Shown: piece after piece, positions 1-11,755 of the stretch | Layout of the letters: the number at the start of each line of letters is the position of its first letter | Numbering within the stretch: the stretch's first letter is position 1 | DNA from: Octopus sinensis | Lineage: Eukaryota | Reading direction: 5' to 3' | DNA length: 64,000 nucleotides | Assembly (NCBI RefSeq): GCF_006345805.1 | Contig: NC_043024.1 | Coordinates: 2,790,001-2,854,000 of the forward strand | Notes under the pieces: generated by a model | The model's database searches: none | What the model saw: the letters and a program-made list of their open reading frames with translations, nothing else | Told to the model about the DNA's origin: nothing | Made by a program: the position numbers and the translations under genes

Positions 1-173
1 TGTAGAAACCATACCAAGGCTGATGCTGGAACTTGATGCAGTTCTATGGCTTATCAGATCATCCAACTCATGCCAGCATGGAAAATGAACATTAAATGAT
101 GATACTGATGTAGAATTCACTGATTTGGTCAATCAACATCATCACCATTGTTTAATGCCTACAAAAAATACAT

Positions 174-520
174 TTGAAGGAAATACAAGAAATATTACAA
201 AACATTAAGAAGCATTTTAAAAATTACAAAAATGGTAAAGAAGGTTGGGAGGGTGGCTGGGTAATCAAAAGATTAGGTAATGTAATGTATTTAATTAAAG
301 GACAATGTTCAGAACATAAGAGACACCTTAACCAGTTAAAGATGAGATATACAGAAGAATGAAGGGTAATACCAATGGAAGTTTTCTATGAGCTGTTTGA
401 AGTGCCAGCACTGAAAGATATTGAACCCTGTAGAACTAGCTTCAGAGAACGAAAACAGACTGAAAATCTGGAAGTAATATCTAAACGGAAAAGATATTAA
501 ATTTCCAAAAAACAAGGGTG
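174..520 (+). mobile_element. Ty3/Gypsy-like integrase C-terminal relic
   Basis: Translation FKNYKNGKEGWEGGWVIKRLGNVMYLIKGQCSEHKRHLNQLKMRY resembles the W..G.VIKRLG.VMY.....HKRHLNQL tail of Gypsy integrases; no LTRs seen. Confidence 0.5.
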
Positions 521-1130
521 CTTAATACAATGAAAAGAAAAAGTGGTGTAACAGACAATACTACCTTAAAAGTGTTTCTTGAGTAACGCTGTGATGGACT
601 GGCATCCCGTCCAGCTGGGGGGAACACATACGCCACAGAAACTGGGCCCATGAGCCTGGTTAGGCTTGAAAAGGGCGACGATTTGATGTACAGGGTCCAC
701 AAAATGTCTTTCATGGACCACTATTAAATATGTATGTATAGCTAAAGTGCATATCTGTTTAAATAGAAGCATTTCATTGGTGCATATTTAATGCATTGGT
801 TCTTAAATTAACAAACACTGCATCATCTCCATCGCAAATATTAGTGAAATATTTCGGTGACCCACTCCTCTTTATTAATAAAAAGACAAAACAGATTTTG
901 CATCCATGTAATTCTGCTTTGTTTGCCATGATGTTGGACAAATTTAAAAAGTTGGAAACCATCTTAATATCATTAAACACAGCAGCTTGTCTACCCCTTT
1001 GCAGTTCTCATAAGCCCCACCAAACCAGAAGGGGGTTATAGGTTACATTATGGTTAAATTGTTCTAACTCAATGAGACAATGTACTAAGCACTAGTCATA
1101 ACACTGTGGAGCAAAATTTATATATATATA

Positions 1131-1515
1131 CTAGCAGCATAGCCCGGCGTTGCCCGGGTATGTAAGAGCCCCTAGTAGGCAACGACTAATCCCAATCTAG
1201 TTCTTTCCCTCTAGGGAACGAAGGCGCATGGTGTAGGTTGCAATGTCTTCTCTTCACTCAAATACTTCTATGTATACGATGTTCCTAGCTGTCTCCCGAC
1301 AGAAAATGTGTTGCATATAAAAAGCTTAGATTCTCGACCCCATGTTGAATTTATTGATTTTTTTTCAAAACTGGGGGAACTTTTCAAAATTTTCGCTGCG
1401 TTAGTTTTGAATTATGACATTGGGCTATGTGTGTGTCAAGTTTCATCAGAATCGGTTGAAAGCCGTGGTCAGGGTGAGGGTACAACCTGACAGCCACACA
1501 GACAGACGAACTGCC

Positions 1516-1556
<41 letters not shown>
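1131..1556 (-). mobile_element. Non-autonomous Helitron-like element
   Basis: On the minus strand it ends in a GC hairpin CCCGG-GCAACG-CCGGG (1143-1158) followed 8 nt later by CTAG (1131-1134), the canonical Helitron 3' end. The other end is a (TA)n run followed by GTCTGTCTGT. Confidence 0.65.
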
Positions 1557-1561
<5 letters not shown>

Positions 1562-2229
1562 GTCTCTGGTCAGTAAGTGTTATATCCTATTTGCTTCTAT
1601 CTAGAAGTGACTACTATTCCCTTCAAACTTTGCTTTTCTGACCTGGACTTCAATGTTTTGAAACTGGCCTGTTTTCCATTACATTTCAGACAGACTCAGA
1701 GCTGAGTTGCTGAAGCAGAAATATCATTATAGCAAATATTCTGCTCAATACCACAGATTTGCTTTGTCAGTTGCTTGAGTATGTCCCTTGGTGACTGACA
1801 ATATATCTCTGGTCAAGAGCAGGGGTTTGTGGGGGAGAAACATAACCATGTGTTGAGAGGCTCTTTGCAGTATGAATAAATGTAACGAGAGCAAAGTTTG
1901 AAGGCAATATTAACTATTTTTCATACTTTCTATAGGGTAAGCATATAGGAAATAACAGTTGCTACTCAAGGACAAAAATCGTGTGACATGGTGCAATCAA
2001 CATGAAGAATGATATTACTTAGAGGTTTTATACTCTTGTAAATTCCACATAGGGTCATATACAAAAGCTGTCACTTTTGGGGATTGTTAAATGTTGAAAT
2101 TGATGATATTCATTGAATTTCCCTTATGTGAGGCCAAAACTTTTGGGCTTCATACACTTGATCGAACTTTTTTTGAAAATGTGTTCACAAGGGAATATCT
2201 TCTGTTTATGCATTTTTGTATGTATGTAC

Positions 2230-2700
2230 TTAAAATTATTAACCATCTTACAAACAATAACTCTGAGCACCTTTTCAAACTCCACCTGTCTAACACCCGT
2301 GGACATATTTACAAAGTAAGAAAACAGCACAGCTCCCATGACTCCAGGAAACATTTTTTCACGCTGAGAGTTGCTGAAGCATGGAACAAACTGCCGGCAT
2401 CAGTTGTTAGTTGTCGGATCACTGCATCCTTCAAAACTTCCATGCTTTCTGAGATTTGCCAACACTACACCTGATTTTCTCCCCTCCATACACACGCTGA
2501 AGCATGGAACAAACTGCCGGCATCAGTTGTTAGTTGTCAGATCACTGCATCCTTCAAAACTTCTATACACACACAAGCATCTATCTGACTCATACACTGT
2601 TCGCTTTCCAGACATTTGTACATTACTGCATATGCTTTATACGCACGTTTTGACAAGCTGTGGTGCACCCGAGCACTGTATACAATTTCATTATTATTGT
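2230..2700 (+). mobile_element. CR1/L2-type LINE 3' fragment with a local ~70-bp duplication
   Basis: SNTRGHIYKVRKQHSSHDSRKHFFTLRVAEAWNKLPASVV matches the typical CR1/L2 RT C-terminus. GCTGAAGCATGGAACAAACTGCCGGCATCAG... occurs at ~2373 and again at ~2496. Confidence 0.7.
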
Positions 2701-3477
2701 ATTTGCGTATGTAAGAGTACGTATGAATAGGTTTTGGTGCATGTATGTCTATTTGTTTTTGTATTTATGTTTGTCTATTACATATGTTGCTTGACTGCTT
2801 TTTATGTTTGTGTGTGTGTGGGAAATTGAGAGGGGGAAAAAGTGCGTATTCAAAACAGAAGGAAATGAAATTACACGCCTGAACAGTGACGTGGAGGGCG
2901 GGATACATTTATTCGGAGTCCCGACTGAAGTAAAAGAAAAAAGAATTGATCTGTAAGCGTTGATATCGATAATACATATCAATATAGTAGGATTTGTTTA
3001 AAAAAAACAACCCATCGTGTATGCAAATTTGCATACACGCACTCACGCTAGGTAGTCGTTGTAGGATCGACTAGTCACGACTAGCAAGCGCAGATGCGCG
3101 AGTGCACGCACCGGCAGGCACTACACTTCTTAAATAGCTTCTTAAATCAGCTAATAATGCTGAATACGAGTAATTACTAATTAAGCCACTTTAAAAACAT
3201 AAATTTTATATAAAGTTCCCCCCGAGACTGATACCGAAAGCAGAGTTAGTTCCCCTTGTTTGCTAATTGCTAAATCTTTGCAATTAATTCCCTGATATTG
3301 TTTCACACGCACCTTGTATTATTTGACCAGATCCACTTTACAACTGATATTTAAGAGAAAACCCAGTGAAATATACATGGCTGGTAATTAATTCTGTAAA
3401 GAAATACATGCAATATTCTTTATTATATTGACTTACAAAGCATAAATCATCGTTTGTCGTAAAAAGAATCATTCGCC

Positions 3478-3568
3478 ACTCTGACTTCTATTCTCTCTTC
3501 TTCAACACATCGTCACATCTTCCCCGTTGACTCTCTCTATATATGTATATATACTGTAATAGGTAAGT
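3478..3568 (+). promoter_or_regulatory. Putative non-coding exon 1 / core promoter of ZNF gene A with 5' splice donor
   Basis: 26-nt core CGTCACATCTTCCCCGTTGACTCTCT (3511-3536) is identical to the upstream element of genes C and D; donor AG|GTAAGT with GT at 3563. Confidence 0.6.
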
Positions 3569-4439
3569 ATTATATTTATATAAACATTTATATTGTAAAA
3601 TCACGTACGTATATGTTAATTTTAATGCTTCCAATAAACTGAAAATTGAACATAAACAAGGTTAGAGTGTTCAATTTTTCGTTTTCCTTTCAAAATTCTA
3701 TTCTAGTTTTCGATATTCCCTACATCTTAATATTAATTGAAAGAGATTTGTATTTCTAACGGCATTTTTAGTCCTTGGTTTACCTTTACCGTTATCTCTA
3801 CCAAAGGTAAATATAGAGAATACCGGCGTAATTCCAAAGAAATGACCAATGTATAAACATATCTTACTTAAAATACCGATACCAGCCATAATCGTCTTCA
3901 CATGAAAGATAATTACTAAAGAACTATCAGAATTCTTTTACGTTGACCCCAAAAACGTTTGATGCAAAAATGTAGAAATTCTTTTGATGATGTTTATTGC
4001 CCATTTTGACTTTGGTTCTGACCCTTGAACATATTGTCACATCTTTGTTGATTCTTTTTGTATATATATATATATAAAGTAATATGTAAGTATATTGTTC
4101 GTTATGTTCAACACCAAATTGGTAACAAAAACATTTTCATGAAAGTTAATATATTATTTTCCACTCTTAGGTACAAGGCCCGAAATTTGTGGGGAGACCC
4201 AGTCGATTAGATCAACCTCAGTACGCAAATAGTACTTAATTTATCGACCCCGAAAGGATGAAAGGCAAAGTCGACTTCGGTGGAATTTGAACTCAGAACA
4301 TATAAAAAAAAGTGAGGCTATTGTCCTAAGAATTTTCATGTTTCGTTTCATTTCACGATTCCATTTCAATTTTCGTTATTTTCCACGTCATTAAGTTTGG
4401 ATTTCTGAACTAGAAAAACAGGTTTACATTTATATGATC

Positions 4440-4650
4440 GTGAGAGCGGCGATCTGGCAGAATCGTTATCACCGCTGGTCGGAATGTTTTGCGGTATTTC
4501 GTCTGCTGCTACATTCTGAGTTCAAATTCCGCCGAGGCCGACTTCGCCTTTCATCCTTTCGGGGTCGATTAAATAAGTACCAGTTACGCACTGGGGTCGA
4601 TATAATCGACTTTGTCTGTCCTTGTTTGTCCTCTCTGTGTTTAGCCCCTT
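4440..4650 (+). mobile_element. tRNA-derived SINE, family 2
   Basis: Head GGCGATCTGGCAGAATCG, B-box-like GAGTTCAAATTCC and body GCCTTTCATCCTTTCGGGGTCGAT; many copies in the window, including a minus partial at ~4160-4312. Confidence 0.8.
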
Positions 4651-4927
4651 AAAATATTTATAAGGATTTGTTTATACCTAAAACATGGACTGCTTGTTTA
4701 TACCCAAGAAATAGACTTGTTTTTGTCATATTCGTTTAGAGCAATACCAAAACACATTTCAACATTTAGTAGTATTTTGGTATCTGCCCTCAAATGTTAT
4801 TCACTATTTATCTCCTTGCAGTAGTCTTAATGCAGGTCAAGCGTCGGTACATAATTGAATATATTAGTAGTCTCCACTTTCGTATGTAACTTATATAATA
4901 ACCATTGATATGGTTGTTATATGAGTT

Positions 4928-5577
4928 GGATCTTTTCGGTTTGAACGGCAGTTTTTTAAAATAATTTCCACGTAACTAAACACTTTTAAACTTCGTATAC
5001 TGGTAGAATGTGTTTATAAAACATCTTTTTCTCTTGGATTTCTTGAGAAAATTCTGTAGTTTGTATGCTATTTCTTGTTTAATTTCTCACCGGACGTTGT
5101 TGTTGAACTTGTTGACAAACAACAGCAGTAATTGTATTCACCTCAATAGACGTCATTGATTGGTTGAAATTGCCGAATTCCGCGAAATTTAACAAGAAAT
5201 AGCTTACAAACTACAGAATTTTCTGAAGAAATCCAAGAGAAAAAGATGTTTTATAAACACATTCTACCAGTATACTAAGTTTAAAAGTTTGTAAGATATT
5301 TGTTGTTGTTTTTTCTTAAATCTCTGCAATTTCAACCAATCAATGACGTGCATTGAGGTAAAAAAAACATTCTGTGCCGTATGAATATGTCCCTCGTTTA
5401 AGAAACAGATTTGGGTTTATTTACATTTGTTAAGAAAAAAAAGATACCTTCCCCCCACCCCTAACCCTAACCCTAAAACAGATTGAAATGCAATAGATTG
5501 ATACTAGGGTCATAATTATGGGTGACAATTTCATATGACACCGCTAGAAAAAACTGTCGTTCAAACCGAAAAGATCC
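4928..5577. mobile_element. MITE with ~30-bp TIRs and long internal inverted repeats
   Basis: GGATCTTTTCGGTTTGAACGGCAGTTTTTT ... AAAAAACTGTCGTTCAAACCGAAAAGATCC; internal arms are self-complementary; contains (CCCTAA)2. Confidence 0.85.
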
Positions 5578-6039
5578 TATAAGTTACATACGAAATTTTC
5601 AAATAGTTCTTCAATAGGAAATGTAATGGATAGTTTTTCTTCTTTCTTTCAGGCAAAGAAAATTACAATTGGGTAGGGGTTTATTACCCAAAATTATAAT
5701 TTTTTAAAAATACATTTCTCTCGCTTTCTGTACCCTTTTCTTTTCCCATGGTCTTTAGTACTGCCTTGTGGGACAGCAATCCCCAAACCCTGTTTATATG
5801 AAAATATCTTTAAGTAAAAGAGAACTAAATTTCTTTTATTATTGTTCAAATGTGATTAATCTCTTGTTGTTTTCTTTCCATTTTACCCTCGAACGAAAGC
5901 CACATAACACACACACACACACATTAATTAATTAATTAATTATTCAGTACCTAATCTTGCTGAATACATTTCTAAGAAGAACGCCCTTGAACTTGGGTAC
6001 AAAATGAGAGTGATGTAACTTATTTCTTTATTCACCCAT

Positions 6040-6432
6040 GGAGTGGCTGTGTGGTAAGTAGCTTGCTAACCAACCACATGGTTCCGGGTTCAGTCCCACT
6101 GCGTGGCATCTTGGGCAAGTGTCTTCTACTATAGCCCCGGGCCGACCAAAGCCTTGTGAGTGGATTTGGTAGACGGAAACTGAAAAGAAGCCCGTTGTAT
6201 ATATGTATGTATATATATATGTATGTTTGTGTGTCTGTGTTTGTCCCCCCAACATTGCTTGACAACCGATGCTGGTGTGTTTACGTCCCCGTTACTTAGC
6301 GGTTCGGCAAAAAGAGACCGATAGAATAAGTGCTGGGCTTACAAAAGAATAAGTCCCGGGGTCGAGTTGCTCGATTAAAGGCGGTGCTCCAGCATGGCCG
6401 CAGTCAAATGACTGAAACAAGTAAAAGAGTAT
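6040..6432 (+). mobile_element. tRNA-derived SINE, family 1 (full length)
   Basis: Head GGAGTGGCTGTGTGGTAAG...GGTTCAGTCCC, central (TA/TG)n and tail CAGTCAAATGACTGAAACAAGTAAAAGAGTA; many copies in the window. Confidence 0.85.
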
Positions 6433-7061
6433 AGAGGGGACGTTACAAGGACAGACTAGGGACATATAGGGGACAGACACGCTTCTTATATACAAGATGA
6501 AAAGACAGATGGATTTACATATATTATACGGATGGGAGTTAAAAGTATACGTGATGATTGGATGGAAATTTGGTTGGCCCGAGGCTATAGTAGAAGACAC
6601 TTACCCAAGGTGCCACGCTGTGGGACTGAACCCGGAACCATGTGGTTCGTAAGCAAGCTACTTACCACATAGCCACTCCTATGCCTAAATACTTTTTGAA
6701 TTTGGAAGGATATATTAAGTTCTGCAAATAAAAGACACACCAATGTGAGAAAAGAATTTTTTATTCATTTTTTCAACCCGCCGGTTGGTTATCCCTTTTG
6801 GTAATCATTTCCTTTCTTTTATGCCCCGACCGAGCGGGCAAGCACAGCCTCGTGCATTTTCATCTTTCTTACCACTGTTGTCCATCTTTTTCCAAACGCT
6901 CTTTGCGGCAGGCAAGAGAGTGATGTAACACCAGATACCACCGACCCTTACATCCATTATTCAAAATAACGTCATTGTAAAAACCAAAAGAGAAATAGCG
7001 AACCGTTTTTTTTTTGTTTTGTTTTTTACTCTTTGGAAACTCTTGGAATACACTCCAGGTT

Positions 7062-8310
7062 ATGTGGTGTGGTAAGTAGCTTGCTAACCAACCACATAGT
7101 TCCAGGTTCAGTCCCACTGCATGGCACCTTGGGCAAGTATCTTCTTCTATAGCCTCAGGCCGACCAAAACCTTGTGAGTGGATTTTGTAGATGGAAACTG
7201 AAAGAAGCCTGTTGTATATATGTATACATATATATGTGAGTATATATATAATCATCATCATTTAACATCTGTTTTCCATGCTGGCATGGGTTGGGTGGTT
7301 TTTACCAGGGCTGGAAGGCTGCTGGGACAGACTCCAGTCTGATTTGGCATGGTTTCTACGGCTGGATGCCCTTCCTAATGCCAACCACTCTGAGAGTGTA
7401 ATGAGTGCTTTTACATGCCACCACCACAGGTGCCATTTGTGTGACACCGGTATCTGCCACGACTGCGATTTTACTTGGCTTGATGGGTCTTCTTCTCAAG
7501 CACAACATAATGCCAAAGGTTTCAGTCATTGCCTCCATGAGGCCCAGTGCTCAAAAGGAACTCGGTCTCCTTGCCTCCATGAGGCCCAGTGCTCAAAAGG
7601 AACTCGGTCTCCTTGCCTCCATGAGGCCCAGTGCTCAAAAGGAACTCGGTCTCCTTGCCTCCATGAGGCCCAGTGCTCAAAAGGAACTCGGTCTCCTTGC
7701 CTCCATGAGGCCCAATGCTCAAAAGGAACTCGGTCTCCTTGCCTCCATGAGGCCCAATGCTCAAAAGGAACTCGGTCTCCTTGCCTCCATGAGGCCCAAT
7801 GCTCAAAAGGAACTCGGTCTCCTTGCCTCCATGAGGCCCAATGCTCAAAAGGAACTCGGTCTCCTTGCCTCCATGAGGCCCAGTGCTCAAAAGGAACTCG
7901 GTCTCCTTGCCTCCATGAGGCCCAGTGCTCAAAAGGAACTCGGTCTCCTTGCCTCCATGAGGCCCAGTGCTCAAAAGGAACTCGGTCTCCTTGCCTCCAT
8001 GAGGCCCAATGCTCAAAAGGAACTCGGTCTCCTTGCCTCCATGAGGCCCAATGCTCAAAAGGAACTCGGTCTCCCTACCTCCATGAGGCCCAATGCTTAT
8101 GTGTATATGTTTGTGTGTCTGTGTTTGTCCCCCACCATTGCTTGACAACTGATGTTGGTGTGTTTATGTCCTCGTAACTTAGCGGTTCAGTAAAAGAGCC
8201 CAATAGAATAAGTACTAGGTTTACAAAGAATAAGTCCTGGGGTCAGTTTGTTTGATTAAAGGTAGTGCTCCAGCATGACTGCAGTTAAATGACTGAAACA
8301 AGGAGAAGAA
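7062..8310 (+). mobile_element. Family 1 SINE split by an antisense RTE-type 3' fragment carrying a 42-bp array
   Basis: SINE 5' half at ~7062-7250 and 3' half at ~8100-8310; between them an RTE 3' tail on the minus strand (7255-7530, starting with (CAT)n) plus the tandem array. Confidence 0.75.
7531..8097. repeat. 42-bp minisatellite, ~13.5 copies
   Basis: Unit GCCTCCATGAGGCCCA(G/A)TGCTCAAAAGGAACTCGGTCTCCTT read directly. Confidence 0.97.
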
Positions 8311-8749
8311 TAAAAATATACAGTGGATAATTTCAGATGTTTAGGTACAAGTTCATATCTAATTTATCGATATAAAATTTCCATTGACAAATCAGTTTTT
8401 CTTTTTAAAGTTCCATCTATATATTGTCCTTTTTTCTTTATTATTTCAGACTTTCTGACGACATTGGTTAAAAGAATTTCTAACTGCAGATTTATCAGAA
8501 CAGATACAATGCTCTTTATATAAATCTGTGAAACATTTTCTCTCAGTGAAATTATCAGCAAAATTTCTCTCTTCCTGATGAAGAAAACTCTATGACGTCT
8601 TTGGCGCTACGGGATTCTTACCAAACTTGGATTAAATTGTGAAAGAATTTTAAGCGATTTCAAACAGCAACAGAGATCACAGTTGATGGTAATATAGTGG
8701 AAGATATATTTGTTCGGAATAAAATATCCAAACGTAAAGAAGACACACG

Positions 8750-9859
8750 ATGCAAAATGAAATTTGTGAGAACCAGTATCAAACAGACACACAAAGCATC
8801 GGTTCCCCTGAGGAGAGGCTGAAAGTCCGAGGGAAAACAATGTATCAGTGTGATATTTGTAAAAAATCCTTGTCTCAAAAGGGTCACCTAATTACCCATA
8901 AGCGTATTCATACTGGAGAGAAACCATATCACTGTGATATCTGTGATAAATCCTTCTCTCAAGGCGGTTATTTGACTGAACACAAACGAATTCATGCAGG
9001 GGAGAAGTTGTACCACTGTAAGGATTGCGGAAAGTCGTTTTGTAGAAGTAGTAACCTAGCTATTCACAAGCGCATTCACACAGGATTGAAACCATATCGT
9101 TGTAATATCTGTGGCGAAGCGTTTTCACATGGAAATAACTTAACCAAACACATACGTATTCATACAGGGGAGAAGCCATATCGGTGTGATATCTGCGGTA
9201 AATCTTTCTCTCAAAACGGTCATTTAACTGGACACAAACGCATTCATACTGGAGAGAAACCGTATGATTGTGATATCTGTGGTAAATCGTTCTCCGTAAA
9301 AGGTGAATTAAATCAACATAAGCGTATTCATACCGGGGATAAACCGTACTGTTGTGATATCTGTGGTAAATCCTTCTCACGAAATGATCATTTAGCTATA
9401 CACAAAGATATTCATTCAGGAGAGAAGCCCCATCACTGTGATGTCTGCGGAAAACTGTTTACCCTCTCAAGTAACTTAATTGCTCACCGACGTATTCACA
9501 CAGGAGAGAAACCATTTCACTGTAAGACCTGTGATAAGACATTTTCCCGAAGTGGTGACTTAACCACTCACAAACGCATTCATACGGGAGAGAAACCACA
9601 TCACTGTGATATCTGCGGTAAATCGTTTTCTGTAATGAGTCAATTGACTAAGCACACACGCGTCCATACGGGAGAGAAACCATATCGTTGTGATATCTGT
9701 GGCAAATCATTTTCTCAAAACGGACACTTAACTCAACACACGCGTATTCATACAGGAGAGAAACCATTCAAATGCGATGTCTGTGGAAGATCATTCTCTC
9801 AAAAGAGTCACTTAATTTCACATGCATGCAGTAAAGTACGTATCGATATGGAGGAGTAG
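8750..9859 (+). CDS. C2H2 zinc-finger protein A (369 aa; 11 canonical fingers + 1 atypical terminal finger)
   Basis: Uninterrupted ORF with CX2C-X12-HX3H repeats and TGEKP linkers; putative splice acceptor TTATTTCAG ending at 8449; no KRAB/SCAN/BTB/ZAD domain recognised. Confidence 0.92.
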   Translation: MQNEICENQYQTDTQSIGSPEERLKVRGKTMYQCDICKKSLSQKGHLITHKRIHTGEKPYHCDICDKSFSQGGYLTEHKRIHAGEKLYHCKDCGKSFCRSSNLAIHKRIHTGLKPYRCNICGEAFSHGNNLTKHIRIHTGEKPYRCDICGKSFSQNGHLTGHKRIHTGEKPYDCDICGKSFSVKGELNQHKRIHTGDKPYCCDICGKSFSRNDHLAIHKDIHSGEKPHHCDVCGKLFTLSSNLIAHRRIHTGEKPFHCKTCDKTFSRSGDLTTHKRIHTGEKPHHCDICGKSFSVMSQLTKHTRVHTGEKPYRCDICGKSFSQNGHLTQHTRIHTGEKPFKCDVCGRSFSQKSHLISHACSKVRIDMEE

Positions 9860-9905
9860 CCATGTCAATCTCAAAAGTCACTCTATGCAGAGGATAAAAT
9901 GTCTT

Positions 9906-10324
9906 GGATATTTTCGGTTTGAACGGCAGTTTTTTCTAGTGGTGTCATATGAAATTGTCACCCATAATTATAACCCTAGTATCGATCTATTGCATTTCAG
10001 TCTGTTTTAGGGTTAGGGTTGGGGGGAAGGGCATCTTTTTTTTCTTCACAAATGTAAATAAACCCAATCTGTTTCTTAAACGGAGGACATATTCATACGG
10101 CACAGAATGTTTTTTTTTTTACCTCAATAAACATCATTGATTGGTTGAAATTGCAGAAATTGAAGAGAAAAAAAACAACAAATATCTTACAAACCATCGA
10201 ATTTTCTCAATAAAGCCAAGAGAAAAAGATGTTTTATAAACACATTCTACCAGTATACGAAGTTTAAAAGTGTTTAGTTACCTAGAAATTATGTTAGAAA
10301 CTTCCGTTCAAACCGAAAAAATCC
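9906..10324. mobile_element. Shorter MITE of the same family as 4928-5577, in opposite orientation
   Basis: GGATATTTTCGGTTTGAACGG ... CCGTTCAAACCGAAAAAATCC termini; internal sequence matches 4928-5577. Confidence 0.8.
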
Positions 10325-11088
10325 AATGTCATTTTTAATAATAAATATATTCACCAGAAAGGAGATATAACCATGGGGATAACGAACTCCCCAAATTATG
10401 TTGTATTTTACCATAATAATATATTGGTGAGATAAATGGTATTTTTAATAAAAGCATTCATAATAATCATGTATGTTCTATTTAATATATTTTTCGAGTA
10501 TGGCTGTGTGGTAAGAAGGTTGCTTCCCAACCACATGGTTCTGGGTTCAATCCTACTTCTTGGCACCTTCAACACGTGTCTTCTGTTATAGCTGTGGGCC
10601 ACCAAAGCCTTGTGAGCGGATTTTCATCATTCGTCATCATCATTTAACGTCCGCTTTCCATGCTAGCATGGGTTGGCCGGTTCAACTGGGGTCTGGGAAG
10701 CCAGAAGGCTGCACCAGGCCCAGTCAGATCTGGCAGTGTTTCTACAGCTGGATGCCCTTCCTAACGCCAACCACTCCGAGAGTGTAGTGGGTGATTTTAT
10801 GTGCCACCGACACAGGTGGCAGACGGCCATTGATGGAAAATGAAAGAAGCCCATAAAATATAGATCTTCGTCATCATTTGCCGTCTGCTGGCATGGATGG
10901 AGCAGTTTGATAGGAACCGGCCAGGCTGAAGCCTGTAGCAGAATTCTGTGACTGTTTTCGCAGGATTTTTACACCAACCAACCAACCAACCATACAACAG
11001 ACTCCTCTTGGTTTTCATCATTCAAATCCACTCACAAGTTTTTGGCTGGCCCAGGGCTATAGTAGAAAGCACTTGTCCTATATATATA

Positions 11089-11298
11089 CAGGGTATCCCA
11101 GAAGTTGCGCAACATCCTGGTTTTTTAAAAGAATACACCTTTACTGATTTCAAAAACACTTTATTGAAATTAATAATGACAAATGATCAAACTGAGCACC
11201 CTATACAACAAAACATGCAGAAAAAAATATAATTAAATAAAATGCTTTAATTAATTTTAATGACAACCGGAATGGTGCACGACTTCTGGGATACCCTG
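11089..11298. mobile_element. Tc1/mariner-type MITE
   Basis: Perfect 17-bp TIR CAGGGTATCCCAGAAGT / ACTTCTGGGATACCCTG, lying within (TA)n. Confidence 0.8.
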
Positions 11299-11302
11299 TG
11301 TA

Positions 11303-11334
<32 letters not shown>

Positions 11335-11335
<1 letters not shown>

Positions 11336-11719
11336 TCTTTTACTTGTTTCAGTCATTTGACTGCGGCCATGCTGGAGCACCGCCTTTAGTCGAGCAAATC
11401 GACCCCGGGACTTATTCTTTGTAAGTCCAGTACTTATTCTATCAGTCTCTTTTGCCGAACCGCTAAGTAACGGGGACGTAAACACACCAGCATCGGTTGT
11501 CAAGCAATGCTAGGGGGACAAACACACACACACATATATATATATATATACATATATACGACAGGCTTCTTTCAGTTTCCGTCTATCAAATCCACTCACA
11601 AGGCATTGGTCGGCCCGGGGCTATAGCAGAAGACACTTGCCCAAGGTGTCACGCAGTGGGACTGAACCCGGAACCATGTGGTTGGTAAGCAAGCTACTTA
11701 CCACACAGCCACTCCTGTG

Positions 11720-11722
<3 letters not shown>
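11335..11722 (-). mobile_element. Family 1 SINE (full length)
   Basis: Reverse complement of the 6040-6432 element. Confidence 0.85.

Positions 11723-11755
<33 letters not shown>

Noticed and set aside
5458-5475. (CCCTAA)n telomere-like motif (also ~10007-10020)
   Set aside because: Only about two units, internal to a MITE family.
6040-6115. tRNA-like A/B boxes in SINE heads
   Set aside because: No complete cloverleaf; they continue into SINE bodies present in many copies.
7278-8177. 200-300 aa repetitive ORFs at 7.3-8.2, 15.6-16.4 and 23.9-24.9 kb
   Set aside because: Open only because the repeat units lack stops (42 and 51 bp are multiples of 3; the 61-bp unit is GC-rich); all lie in RTE-derived DNA.
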